Positions 9,662-19,637 are shown, counted from the stretch's first letter. The stretch: 48,012 nucleotides of DNA from Actinomycetota bacterium (GCA_963169755.1 CAUJFC010000220.1:1-48012); one strand, 5' to 3'. The notes: a model not told the origin generated them from the letters alone. Translations and numbers: made by a program.

Positions 9662-10460
9662 TCCAACCAGAGGGTCGGGCGGCCCGGCCGGCCCCCTGGT
9701 TCAGGTCAGAGACCTGGTCCACCGCTGGGCACCCTCCGATACCACCGGCGAGACGACTTCCCTTGATGGAGCGAGCCTGTCGGTGGGGGAGGGAGAGGTA
9801 GTGGCCCTCATAGGTCCGAGCGGCTGCGGCAAGAGCACCCTGCTCAGAGTCCTCGCCGGACTCACCGTTCCCTCCTCGGGCGAGGCGATGGTGGGTGGGG
9901 TCAGTGTCGTGGGACGACCGGGGCGGTGCGCGTGGATGCCTCAGAACCTGGCTCTGATGCCATGGCGGACCGTCATGGCCAACGCAACCCTGGGGGCCGA
10001 GGTGGCCGGGGCGTCACGAGCCGAGGCGGTGGCCCGGGCCAGACCGCTCCTGGAACGCTTCGGGTTGGGCGACTACGAGCGGGCTTGGCCGAGTCAGTTG
10101 TCGGGCGGTATGCGACAGCGCCTGGCGGTTCTGCGCGCCTATCTGACCGAGGCTCCGGTTCTCCTGCTAGACGAACCGTTCGGGGCGTTGGATGCCATCA
10201 CCCGACTATCGCTCCAGGCCTGGCTCCAGGAGATGATGACCCAGGATGACGAGGCTTCGAATCGGAGTGTCCTGCTGGTCACCCACGATGTGGAAGAGGC
10301 TCTGCTGTTGGCTGACCGGGTGGTCGTCATGTCGTCCCGCCCCGGCCGAATTATCCACGAGGTGACCGTCCCCATGGCCCGACCCCGAGCCCCCGGCATC
10401 GTGAGCAGCCCAGATTTCGTACAGCTCCGGTCGGAGCTGCTGTCCACCCTGAACCCGTGA
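9639..10460 (+). CDS. ABC transporter ATP-binding protein (ThiZ/SsuB-like)
   Basis: GPSGCGKS, LSGGMRQR, LLLDEPFGALD, VTHDVEEA. Confidence 0.92.
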   Translation: MSSYPNPDPTRGSGGPAGPLVQVRDLVHRWAPSDTTGETTSLDGASLSVGEGEVVALIGPSGCGKSTLLRVLAGLTVPSSGEAMVGGVSVVGRPGRCAWMPQNLALMPWRTVMANATLGAEVAGASRAEAVARARPLLERFGLGDYERAWPSQLSGGMRQRLAVLRAYLTEAPVLLLDEPFGALDAITRLSLQAWLQEMMTQDDEASNRSVLLVTHDVEEALLLADRVVVMSSRPGRIIHEVTVPMARPRAPGIVSSPDFVQLRSELLSTLNP

Positions 10461-10533
10461 CGCAGTCTCCCGCTCCCGGCTTCCTTTTCCTCGGTGCGGG
10501 AGTCCACTCCATCACTACGGCACACTGACTGAC

Positions 10534-11022
10534 ATGGAGATCGTCGCCCACCTGAACGCACCCTGTTCACCGGAGACGCTTTTCGCATGGATCGATGACC
10601 TCGAGAACTATCCGCAGTGGCTCGACATCGTTGCCAATGTCAGCCCGCGTCAAGATCCCGGCGAGTCCGAGCCGTCCTGGAACGTGGACCTGCGAGGACG
10701 GGTCGGACCACTGACCCGCACCAAGCGTCTACGCATGGTGCGCACCACCTATGAGGCACCGCACCATGTTCGCTTCGAGCGCCGAGAGTTGGACGGGCGC
10801 GACCACAGCGCCTGGGTCCTGAGTGCCACCGTCACCGAGACCGACGATCAACCTGAGGGCTCCCGCCTCGAGATGACCCTGCTCTATGACGGCGGACTGT
10901 TCGCTCCGATCGTCCAGCGGATCCTCACCGATGAAATCGAGCAGTCCCGTCGCCGACTGCTGGGCATGATCGCCGACCAGACCACCGGCTCGAATCCGAC
11001 CGGACTACCCGATCATCGCTGA
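10534..11022 (+). CDS. SRPBCC/START-like (polyketide cyclase-like) protein
   Basis: 162 aa; F.WIDDLENYPQW N-terminal motif, beta-rich core and C-terminal helix. Confidence 0.65.
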   Translation: MEIVAHLNAPCSPETLFAWIDDLENYPQWLDIVANVSPRQDPGESEPSWNVDLRGRVGPLTRTKRLRMVRTTYEAPHHVRFERRELDGRDHSAWVLSATVTETDDQPEGSRLEMTLLYDGGLFAPIVQRILTDEIEQSRRRLLGMIADQTTGSNPTGLPDHR

Positions 11023-11041
11023 GCACACCCAGAGGGTCGAG

Positions 11042-13081
11042 ATGTCCAAGTTCGATACCGACCCGACCTCTCAGAAACTGGTGGGATCAACCGTTCGCGG
11101 TGGTGAGACCACCTTTCGTACCTACTCGTCGGTCGCCGAGCAGATCGAGCTGTGCATCTTCGACGGCGCCGGCCACGAAACGGACCGAGTTCAGCTGAAT
11201 GCCGATGAATCGGGTTGGTGGGAGGTAGCCGTCGGTGGGCTGGGACCGGGCACCCTCTACGGCTACCGAGTCCACGGCCCCGGTAAGCCCGACGAAGGTC
11301 ACGCGTGCGACCCCGCCAAGCTTCTCATCGACCCGGCAACCCGCCGGGTGGTCGGAGAGGTGACGTGGTGCCCCGAACTGGTCACTCCCGGAGTCGATTC
11401 GGCGCCCTTCGTTCCCCGCTCCATGGTGGTCGAACCTCCGACCGCCTCGCCCGCCTCCGATCACCCGCGACACCGGTGGGATGCCACCGTGGTGTACGAG
11501 GCTCATGTGGGACATATGACTGCCCGCCATCGGCTGGTGCCCGAAGCCGATCGAGGGCGCTACCGGGGACTGGCGTGTCCGGCGGTCATCGACCACCTAC
11601 GCCGACTCGGAGTCACCGCAGTGGAGCTGCTCCCCGTACAGCACTTCGTTTCCGAGGCCAGGCTGGTGACAGGAGGGCTCTCTAACCGGTGGGGCTACAA
11701 CCCGCTCGCCTGGGGTGCCCCTCACGCCGCGTACGCCGGACCCGGGGGAGACCCAGTGACCGAACTTCGCCATGCGGTCAGAAGGCTGCACGAGTCGGGG
11801 ATCGAGGTTTGGCTGGATGTTGTCTTCAACCACACATGCGAGGGATCTCTGGGCTCGGGGCCCATCCTGGCCTGGCGCGGTTTCGACAACCGGGCCGCCT
11901 ATCGCCTGGTGCCTGGATCCGCCGGGCTCGTCGATGAGGATGTCACGGGCTGCGGTAACGCCATCGACACCCGATCCGAGTGGATCAGGAACCTGATTGT
12001 CGAGATGCTGGCCCGCTGGGTGATCGAGATCGGAATCGATGGCTTCCGGTTCGACCTGGCCACCACACTCATTCGGGGAGATCAGGGCCCCGAACCGGAT
12101 CATCCACTGTTGACGGCCATATCCGCCCATCCCTCTCTGCGGAACACCAAGCTGGTGGCAGAGCCCTGGGACATGGGAGCGAACGGCTACGCGCTTGGAC
12201 GATTTCCCCGTCCGTGGCGGGAGTGGAACGACCGGTTTCGGGATCGGATGCGCGACCTGAGCCGTGGGCGCGGACCGCGTTCGACGACAGCGGCAAGCCT
12301 CACTGGTGAGGCCTCGGTCTTCGTGGACCGCGACGCCACCTCGTCCATCAATGCCGTGGCCACCCACGACGGCATGACAATCCGAGATCTCGTCAGCTAC
12401 GACCACCCAACCGATGACGGCCATCAGCAACGCTCGTGGAACAGTGGGCTCGAGGGACCCACCACCGACGTCGAGGTGATGACCAGACGGCGACGTCGCC
12501 AACGAATGCTGCTCGGACTGACTCTCATGGCCCAGGGCGTTCCCCAGCTCAGCTCCGGCGATGAAATGGGTCGGAGCCAGGCCGGAGCCGCCAACGGCTA
12601 CACCCTCGACCCTTCTGCCTGGGGTCTTCCCTGGCCCGATGCAGACTGGGACCTGGTGGACTGGGTCGCCGCGGCGGCACGGGTCCGTCGTGAGCATCAG
12701 GTGCTACGGAGACGATTCTGGGTGTCACCCGACGATCCCCGGGTTAGTTGGCTGGACGGCTCAGGCAATCCAATGGACGACGAGGCATGGCATCACGACG
12801 TCGACCCTGACCGCCGACAACCGGTCGAGCCGGGAAGCGGCGTCCTCCAGTGGTTACTCACACCGAGCCCTCACGGTGACGAGGGTGAACAAGAACTGCT
12901 GGTGATCGTGGTTCAGCAACCGGGGCCGCAGCCGGTGTCGGTTCCTGCTGGCCGGTGGGAGGTGATCCTCGATGCCGCGAACCCGCGGGCCGCTGACCCG
13001 ACCCCGGCCAGTTCCATCCTGACGGTCGACGGCCCCAGCCTGGTCGTGCTTCGCCGTCACCGGCCGCTACGAGATAACTGA
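11042..13081 (+). CDS. glgX: Glycogen debranching enzyme (GH13_11)
   Basis: YGYRVHG, LLIDP, VYEAHV, GVTAVELLPV, WGYNP, DVVFNHT, DGFRFDLA, AEPWD, THDG. Confidence 0.9.
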   Translation: MSKFDTDPTSQKLVGSTVRGGETTFRTYSSVAEQIELCIFDGAGHETDRVQLNADESGWWEVAVGGLGPGTLYGYRVHGPGKPDEGHACDPAKLLIDPATRRVVGEVTWCPELVTPGVDSAPFVPRSMVVEPPTASPASDHPRHRWDATVVYEAHVGHMTARHRLVPEADRGRYRGLACPAVIDHLRRLGVTAVELLPVQHFVSEARLVTGGLSNRWGYNPLAWGAPHAAYAGPGGDPVTELRHAVRRLHESGIEVWLDVVFNHTCEGSLGSGPILAWRGFDNRAAYRLVPGSAGLVDEDVTGCGNAIDTRSEWIRNLIVEMLARWVIEIGIDGFRFDLATTLIRGDQGPEPDHPLLTAISAHPSLRNTKLVAEPWDMGANGYALGRFPRPWREWNDRFRDRMRDLSRGRGPRSTTAASLTGEASVFVDRDATSSINAVATHDGMTIRDLVSYDHPTDDGHQQRSWNSGLEGPTTDVEVMTRRRRRQRMLLGLTLMAQGVPQLSSGDEMGRSQAGAANGYTLDPSAWGLPWPDADWDLVDWVAAAARVRREHQVLRRRFWVSPDDPRVSWLDGSGNPMDDEAWHHDVDPDRRQPVEPGSGVLQWLLTPSPHGDEGEQELLVIVVQQPGPQPVSVPAGRWEVILDAANPRAADPTPASSILTVDGPSLVVLRRHRPLRDN

Positions 13082-13138
13082 CCTGACAAGTGGTTCATGG
13101 CAATGAGTGACCTCGCTCATGGGACCGGGCCGGTGGGC

Positions 13139-13933
13139 TCAGATCCGCGCCCAAGCCCGAAACCGCCCATCCTCGACAGCCAAGTTCACCGGCAGTCCGA
13201 AGGTGCGCGACAACGAGTCGGAGGTGATGGTCATGGCCAACGGACCCCGGTCGACCACCTGCCCCGACTTGAGCAGAAGGGCGTGAGTGAACCCGACCGG
13301 AACCTCCTCCACGTGATGAGTGACCAATACCAGCGGTGGAGTTCCCACCTGCGTAGCCAACCTGGTCAGGTGGCTCACCAGCTCCTCCCGAGCCCCGAGG
13401 TCGAGTCCGGCCGCGGGTTCGTCCAGGAACATCAGATCCGGGTCACACGCCAGGGCCCTGGCCAAGAGGACTCGTTGTCTCTCGCCGGTCGACAGAAGCC
13501 CGAACCGACGGCCAGCCATCTGGTCCAGTCCCATGGTCCCGATGGCCGACTCGGTCGCCTCACGGTCCTCCGCCCCGTAGTCGTGCCACCAGGGCTCCAG
13601 CGCCCCTCGCCGGCCCGTCATGACCACCTCACTCACCTTCAGGTCGGGTCGGAGCCGATCGGCCATGGCGGGCGAGACCACGGCGATCCTCGAGCGCAAC
13701 GGGCGAAGATCAACTCGACCCAACTCTTCGCCGAGAACCCGGACTCTTCCAGCCGTGGGGTGCTCCCATAGCGAGGCGATCCTGATCAGGGAGGTCTTGC
13801 CAGCGCCATTGGGCCCGAGCAACACCCAGCGATCCTCGGCCGTCACCTGCCAGGTGACCCGATCCAGCAGTCGACGTCCGTCGCGGACCAGTGAGACCGA
13901 CGTCAGATCCACAGCTATTCGGATCCCCGACAT
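13139..13933 (-). CDS. ABC ATP-binding protein (YlmA/ModF-like, orphan)
   Basis: LLGPNGAGKT, LSTGERQR, FLDEPAAGLD, VTHHVEE; TACCGT 7 nt before ATG 13933. Confidence 0.85.
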   Translation of the reverse strand: MSGIRIAVDLTSVSLVRDGRRLLDRVTWQVTAEDRWVLLGPNGAGKTSLIRIASLWEHPTAGRVRVLGEELGRVDLRPLRSRIAVVSPAMADRLRPDLKVSEVVMTGRRGALEPWWHDYGAEDREATESAIGTMGLDQMAGRRFGLLSTGERQRVLLARALACDPDLMFLDEPAAGLDLGAREELVSHLTRLATQVGTPPLVLVTHHVEEVPVGFTHALLLKSGQVVDRGPLAMTITSDSLSRTFGLPVNLAVEDGRFRAWARI

Positions 13934-14004
13934 CGCAGGCACGGTATCGGTTCACGGCTCACGACGGTGCCCGAGACCTGCCCCGAACCCCTAGGGTGAC
14001 CCCC

Positions 14005-14715
14005 GTGCAGATTGGAATCCTCGGAGGGACCGGACCAGCGGGAAGTGCGCTGGGAGTTCGCCTGGCGTCAGTGGGCTTCGATGTGATCATCGGCTCGCGC
14101 TCGCGCTATCGAGCCATGGAAGTTGTCGACAAGCTGCTCGATGAGTGGCCCGACAGGAAGCTATCGGTCACTGCTGGAGACAACGCGGCGGCCGCGTCAG
14201 CCGATGTGGTCGTAATAGCCACACCGTGGGACGGCGCCTACGGAACGGCCACGTCGGTGGCTGACGCCCTGGATTCCAAGGTGGTCATCTGCATGGCCAA
14301 TGCGTTGACCCGGATCGGAAAGGAGTTCCAGCCACTGGTTCCGCCCCGTGGTTCGGTGGCCGCCAGTGTCCAGGCTGCAGTTCCGGGCTGTCGGGTCGCG
14401 GCTGCTTTTCACCATGTTCCGGCCAAAGAACTCGGTGACATCACCCATCCGATCGAATCCGATGTCCTGATCTGCTCTGACTTTCAGGAGGCCACCGACC
14501 TCACATCGAGCATCGTCGAGCGCATTCCGAACATGCGCCCCCTCGACGCCGGTGGGCTCTCCCAGGCGACCCCGATCGAATCGTTCACTGCGGTTCTGTT
14601 GCAGCTGAACGTGCGATACCGGACTCGCGTTGCCGTCAAGTTCACCGGGATTCCCGAGCGCGGTGACGACTCTGACACCCAGGCTCCCGACATCGCTGGT
14701 TCCGACGAGGCCTGA
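14005..14715 (+). CDS. npdG: NADPH-dependent F420 reductase
   Basis: IGILGGTGPAGSALG, IIGSRS, VIATPW, AAFHHVPA, DVLICSD, LDAGGL; GTG at 14005 7 nt after TAGGGT. Confidence 0.85.
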   Translation: MQIGILGGTGPAGSALGVRLASVGFDVIIGSRSRYRAMEVVDKLLDEWPDRKLSVTAGDNAAAASADVVVIATPWDGAYGTATSVADALDSKVVICMANALTRIGKEFQPLVPPRGSVAASVQAAVPGCRVAAAFHHVPAKELGDITHPIESDVLICSDFQEATDLTSSIVERIPNMRPLDAGGLSQATPIESFTAVLLQLNVRYRTRVAVKFTGIPERGDDSDTQAPDIAGSDEA

Positions 14716-14718
14716 CCC

Positions 14719-15846
14719 ATGTCCGTCGCACCGATGCGCCTGTACGACACCGCCCGGCGGCAGGTGGTTCCATTCGAGCCGGGACCGACCGTGACCATGT
14801 ACACGTGCGGCATCACCCCCTACGACGCCACCCACATTGGGCATGCCGCCACCTACCTGACCTACGACGTCCTCCAGCGACGGCTGCGCGACCGCGGCCA
14901 CGAAACCCGCTGTGTCCGCAACATCACCGATGTCGACGACGATCTTCTACGGAAAGCCCGCGAGGTAGGGGTCCACTATCTGGACCTGGCAGCGGGCGAG
15001 ATTGCCCGCTTCGACGCCGACATCGAGGCGTTGGGACTGCTCCCGGCCTGGAGCGAGCCTCGGGCCACCTCGGCCATTGCCGACATACGGGGTTTCATCG
15101 GCATGGTGCTGGACCGCGGTCACGCCTACCAGTCGAACGGAGCCGTCTATTTCGATGTCTCGAGTTGGCCGACCTTCGGATCGATCAGCGCCCTCGGACG
15201 TGACGAGATGCTCACACTGGCTGCCGAAAGGGGCGGCAATCCCGACGATCCAGCCAAGCGGGATCCCTTGGACTTTGTCCTGTGGCAACCATCGGCCCCT
15301 GATGAGCCGTCATGGGAGTCATTGTGGGGACCGGGCCGACCCGGCTGGCACATCGAGTGCTCGGCCCTGGCGTTGCGCGAGCTCGGCACGACGATCGACC
15401 TGCACGGCGGAGGAAGCGACCTGATCTTCCCGCACCACGAATGCGAGTCCGCCCAGTCCGAGGCCGCCACCGGCGAACCCTTCGTGCGTCACTGGATGCA
15501 CCAGGCGATGGTACGAATGGACGGCGAGAAGATGTCGAAGTCACTCGGCAACCTGGTGTTCGTCAGCGAGCTACGCAAGGAATGGGATCCCCGGGCGATC
15601 CGGCTGGCCTGTATGGCGCATCACTACCGCGAGCCCTGGGAGTGGACCGGTGATGTGATGCCTACTGCGGCCGCACGCCTCCAGTCATGGAGCTCGGTTG
15701 GCATTGGCGACGGCGCACTGGAAGAGGTTCGTGACGCTCTCGACCGTGACCTGGACACTCCTGCTGCCCTGGCGGCCATGGACCGCGCTGCTTCCTCGGG
15801 CCAGGGGGTCTCGACCGCGGCCGCCCTGCTGGGGATCCCCCTGTGA
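14719..15846 (+). CDS. mshC: Cysteine:GlcN-Ins ligase (mycothiol biosynthesis), CysRS paralog
   Basis: CGITPYDATHIGHAATYL, ERGGNPD, GRPGWHIEC, GGSDLIFPHHE, KMSKS; short (375 aa), no anticodon-binding domain. Confidence 0.8.
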   Translation: MSVAPMRLYDTARRQVVPFEPGPTVTMYTCGITPYDATHIGHAATYLTYDVLQRRLRDRGHETRCVRNITDVDDDLLRKAREVGVHYLDLAAGEIARFDADIEALGLLPAWSEPRATSAIADIRGFIGMVLDRGHAYQSNGAVYFDVSSWPTFGSISALGRDEMLTLAAERGGNPDDPAKRDPLDFVLWQPSAPDEPSWESLWGPGRPGWHIECSALALRELGTTIDLHGGGSDLIFPHHECESAQSEAATGEPFVRHWMHQAMVRMDGEKMSKSLGNLVFVSELRKEWDPRAIRLACMAHHYREPWEWTGDVMPTAAARLQSWSSVGIGDGALEEVRDALDRDLDTPAALAAMDRAASSGQGVSTAAALLGIPL

Positions 15847-16006
15847 ACCAAGACCGGGCTATTCCCAGGACGTGATCCACTGAGAACCACCAGCTCACTC
15901 GGCTGCGCAGCGTGCCCTTGTGACCTCAGCGAGTGATGATCTTTCGAGGTAGTTCATCTATTCGTCACCCAGGCCGTCCCGATATGAGGCATGATTGAGC
16001 GAACCT

Positions 16007-16969
16007 ATGAGTAACGACGTCGGCAAGCTCTATCCGGTCGCCAAGGCCGTGCTGACACCGTTGTTCCGCGCCGCGTGGCAGTTCGATCTGGTGGGTCTGG
16101 AGAATGTGCCCACCACGGGTGGCGCCATCCTGTGTCCCAACCACACCTCAGTGCTCGATTCCTTCTTCGTTCCGGCACTGTTGCCCCGACGGGTCACATA
16201 CGTCGGTAAGGCCGAGTACATGGACGACTGGAAGACCAGGCGACTGTTTCCAGCCCTCGGCATGATCCCCATCGATCGGTCAGGCGGCGACGCTGCCGAG
16301 CGGGCACTGTCCACCGCGCAACGTCTTCTCGAACAGGGCGAACTATTCGGGATCTACCCGGAAGGAACCCGAAGCCGCGACGGCCGGCTCTACCGCGGAA
16401 AGACCGGGCCAGCCCGCTTGGCGCTGCGTACCGGTGCGCCGATCATTCCCATCGGGATTCAGGGTGCCCGTGAGGTCATGCCCCCAGAGGCCAAGTTCCC
16501 GCGCCTCCGGCTACCGGTTCGTATCGCCTTCGGTCGCCCTATCGACGTCTCCCGGTATCGGGACCGGGCCAACGACCATCTGATTCTGCGCCAGATAATG
16601 GACGAGGTCATGTTCGAGATCCGCGAGCTCTCTGGCCAGGAGTACGTGAATGAGTACGCCGGTGCCCGAAAGCAGGCGGCCGAGGTCACCATCGACTTGA
16701 GGGCCCAGGCCCCTGCGAAGTCCAGTGAGGTGCTGACCAACAAGCCGATGCGGACCACCGTCAACGGTGGATCGGCCAACGGCCACAACGGTCACGGACC
16801 CAACGGGGAGACGACAGCAGTCCTTCCGCCGGGGCTGGCCGTGCCCAGCCGCGGCCAGCCCGTCGAAGACTCCGACGACACGAACGCTTTCGTGAAAGCC
16901 ACCGAGCCTCGCTCATCTGCGGACCTCCTTCGCAACCCACCCAGACGAGCCCACCTCACGTCGTCCTGA
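16007..16969 (+). CDS. plsC: 1-acyl-sn-glycerol-3-phosphate acyltransferase with low-complexity C-terminal tail
   Basis: NHTSVLD (HX4D), GMIPIDR, IYPEGTRS motifs. Confidence 0.85.
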   Translation: MSNDVGKLYPVAKAVLTPLFRAAWQFDLVGLENVPTTGGAILCPNHTSVLDSFFVPALLPRRVTYVGKAEYMDDWKTRRLFPALGMIPIDRSGGDAAERALSTAQRLLEQGELFGIYPEGTRSRDGRLYRGKTGPARLALRTGAPIIPIGIQGAREVMPPEAKFPRLRLPVRIAFGRPIDVSRYRDRANDHLILRQIMDEVMFEIRELSGQEYVNEYAGARKQAAEVTIDLRAQAPAKSSEVLTNKPMRTTVNGGSANGHNGHGPNGETTAVLPPGLAVPSRGQPVEDSDDTNAFVKATEPRSSADLLRNPPRRAHLTSS

Positions 16970-17041
16970 TCGGCCGACAGCGGCCCTGAAGTGGGGGGAA
17001 CCACCTTCGGCCGTTGCTGACCGCTGACCTACGCTCGCACG

Positions 17042-19057
17042 ATGCCTGACATCACCGTGAAGCTCCCCGACGCATCGACCCGATCAGTGCCGTCGGGGAC
17101 AACCGTGGCAGGGCTGGCAGCCGACATCGGACGTCGGCTGGCCAAGGATGCGGTAATCGGCGTGGTCAACGGAACCGAACGTGACCTCGACTGGGAACTC
17201 GCGGACGGTGACGAGGTTGAGATCGTCACCGCCAACTCCGAACGCGGCCTCTACACCATCCGCCACTCCACCACCCACGTGATGGCACAAGCGGTGCTCG
17301 AGTTGTTCCCGGGTGCCACGTTCGCCATCGGGCCTCCGGTGGAGGACGGCTTCTACTACGACTTCGAGCTCCCACCTGACGCCGATGGGAGGCCGGGCAC
17401 CTTCGTACCCGAAGACCTCGAGCGGATAGAGGAGAAGATGCGCGAGATCCTGGCCCAGCGTCAGCCATTCATTCGGGACGAGATCGCCAGCGATGTGGCC
17501 CGCTCCGTCTTCTCCAAGCACCGCTACAAGCTGGAGATCATCGACGGTCAGTCCGACGACCCGATGTCCGCGACCGAGTCGGGACTGGTACGCACCTACG
17601 AGAACCCTCCGACCGAACCCTGGGACGAGCCGCCCTTCGAGGGATACCCCGGATTCATCGACCTCTGCCGCGGGCCTCACGTCCCCGACACCGGTTCGTT
17701 TCTCGGTCACTTCAAGCTGATGCGGGTAGCTGGCGCCTATTGGCGCGGCGATGAACGCAACCCGATGCTCCAGCGCATCTACGGCACGGCTTGGGCGTCG
17801 CGTGCCGATCTGGACGCCCACCTGGTCCGTCTGGAAGAGGCTGCCAAGCGTGACCATCGCCGTCTGGCCACCGAGTTGGACCTACTCAGCTTTCCCGAGA
17901 TGCTCGGTGGCGGGCTGGCGGTCTGGCATCCCAAGGGCGCCATCGTCCGCAAGCTCATGGAGGACTACTCGCGCTCACGGCACCAGTCCGGAGGCTACGA
18001 GTTCGTCTACACCCCTCACATTGCCAACGGAAAGCTCTATGAGACCTCCGGTCACCTGGATTTCTATGCCGAGGGCATGTACCCCCCGATGGAGATGGAC
18101 AACGGACGGTACTTCCCCAAGCCCATGAACTGTCCGATGCACAACCTGGTGTACGCGTCGCGGCAGCGTTCGTACCGTGAACTCCCGCTCCGTCTGTTCG
18201 AGTTGGGCTCGGTCTATCGCTACGAGAAGTCCGGAACGCTGCACGGTCTCATGCGCATTCGGGGCTTCACCCAGGACGACAGCCACATCTACTGCACTCC
18301 CGAGCAGGCCCACGACGAGATCCGAAACCTCCTCGGCTTCGTGCTGTCAGTGCTACGTGCATTCGGGTTCGATGACTTCGAGGCCAACCTCTCGACCCGT
18401 CCAGCCGAGAAATCGGTCGGTACCGACGAGGGATGGGATACCGCTATTGCGGCACTACGGGCGGCACTCGAAGCAGAGGGGCTCGACTATCAGGTGGACG
18501 AGGGTGGCGGTGCCTTCTACGGCCCCAAGATCGATGTGAAGGTGAAGGACGCCATCGGACGTAGCTGGCAGCTTTCGACCATCCAGTACGACTTCAACAT
18601 GAACGAGCGATTCGACCTCACCTATGTGGGCGATGACGGTCGTCACCACCGACCGATCATGTTGCACCGGGCGTTGTTCGGCTCGGTCGAGAGGTTTTTC
18701 GGTGTGCTTCTCGAGCACTACGCCGGGGCGTTCCCGACCTGGCTGGCACCGGTACAGGTCCGGGTCCTGCCAGTGCGCGACGACCACGAGGCCTACGCCG
18801 AGGAAGTGGTGGCCGAGCTGACGGCCCTGGGCCTGCGCGCCGACGGCATCGAGGCGTCCGAAAAGCTGGGCAACCGCATCCGCAAGGCCAAGGGAGAGAA
18901 GATCCCCTACGTTCTGGTGGTCGGTGACGACGACGTCGCGGCCCGGACGGTCGGTGTGAACCCGAGAGGCGGAGAGGTGGAGAGGGGAGTGGACCTGGAC
19001 TCCTTCGCCCAACGGGTAATGGACGAAGTCGACGACCAGCTCCACCTCGCTCAATGA
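17042..19057 (+). CDS. thrS: Threonine--tRNA ligase
   Basis: TGS domain, RHSTTHVMAQAV, DLCRGPHV, KPMNCPMH, RGFTQDDSH, AFYGPKID, HRALFGSVERF. Confidence 0.98.
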   Translation: MPDITVKLPDASTRSVPSGTTVAGLAADIGRRLAKDAVIGVVNGTERDLDWELADGDEVEIVTANSERGLYTIRHSTTHVMAQAVLELFPGATFAIGPPVEDGFYYDFELPPDADGRPGTFVPEDLERIEEKMREILAQRQPFIRDEIASDVARSVFSKHRYKLEIIDGQSDDPMSATESGLVRTYENPPTEPWDEPPFEGYPGFIDLCRGPHVPDTGSFLGHFKLMRVAGAYWRGDERNPMLQRIYGTAWASRADLDAHLVRLEEAAKRDHRRLATELDLLSFPEMLGGGLAVWHPKGAIVRKLMEDYSRSRHQSGGYEFVYTPHIANGKLYETSGHLDFYAEGMYPPMEMDNGRYFPKPMNCPMHNLVYASRQRSYRELPLRLFELGSVYRYEKSGTLHGLMRIRGFTQDDSHIYCTPEQAHDEIRNLLGFVLSVLRAFGFDDFEANLSTRPAEKSVGTDEGWDTAIAALRAALEAEGLDYQVDEGGGAFYGPKIDVKVKDAIGRSWQLSTIQYDFNMNERFDLTYVGDDGRHHRPIMLHRALFGSVERFFGVLLEHYAGAFPTWLAPVQVRVLPVRDDHEAYAEEVVAELTALGLRADGIEASEKLGNRIRKAKGEKIPYVLVVGDDDVAARTVGVNPRGGEVERGVDLDSFAQRVMDEVDDQLHLAQ

Positions 19058-19629
19058 CCTCCGAACCCACCGAGACCGCGGTATCCGCTGGAGGCGGCCC
19101 GTCCCCGGCTCTGGCTCGGCTCTGGGCGGGATGGCGCTCTACCTACATCGTCCGCGTCAGCCAGGACGATGCCGAGGTCCGGCCCGACCACAGCGGCAGA
19201 TCGCTGTTCGAGCGCATCTTGGCTTCAGACCTTCCCCCGCAGGAGACCGGTATTCTCCATCGTGGCCAGTCATGCTTTGCGGTCCTCAACGCCTACCCCT
19301 ACGGCTCGGGTCACCTCATGGTCCTCCCCAACCGGGCGGTTGCGGACCTGGCCGACCTGGAGCCCGCAGAGGCTGGAGAGTTGTGGGAGCTGGTGCACCA
19401 GGCAGTAGCAGCCATACGGGCCGCTTACCGGCCAGATGGTGTCAACATCGGGGCCAACTTGGGTGTCGGAGCAGGAGCAGGCGTACCCGACCATCTCCAC
19501 ATCCACTGCCTTCCCCGTTGGGCGGGCGACACGAACTTCATGACCTCGGTGGCCGAAACCAGGGTCCTGCCCGAGCCACTGTCGGTGTCCTGGCAGAAGT
19601 TGGTGGACGCATGGCCCACTCCGGCCTAG
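19054..19629 (+). CDS. HIT family protein (Ap4A phosphorylase-like, Rv2613c type)
   Basis: LNAYPYGSGHLMVLP, AGAGVPDHLHIHCLPRWAGDTNFM; conserved position after thrS; 4-nt ATGA overlap. Confidence 0.9.
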   Translation: MTSEPTETAVSAGGGPSPALARLWAGWRSTYIVRVSQDDAEVRPDHSGRSLFERILASDLPPQETGILHRGQSCFAVLNAYPYGSGHLMVLPNRAVADLADLEPAEAGELWELVHQAVAAIRAAYRPDGVNIGANLGVGAGAGVPDHLHIHCLPRWAGDTNFMTSVAETRVLPEPLSVSWQKLVDAWPTPA

Positions 19630-19637
19630 GAGGCAAA

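Noticed and set aside
11597-12697. Long antisense ORFs (366 aa here; also 17084-17857, 43091-43939, 44671-45570)
   Set aside because: Lie entirely opposite well-supported genes; expected from GC-rich codon bias.
16950-17041. Possible T-box or attenuator before thrS
   Set aside because: Gap is too short, has no T-box motif and the start looks leaderless; the hairpin there more likely ends the plsC transcript.
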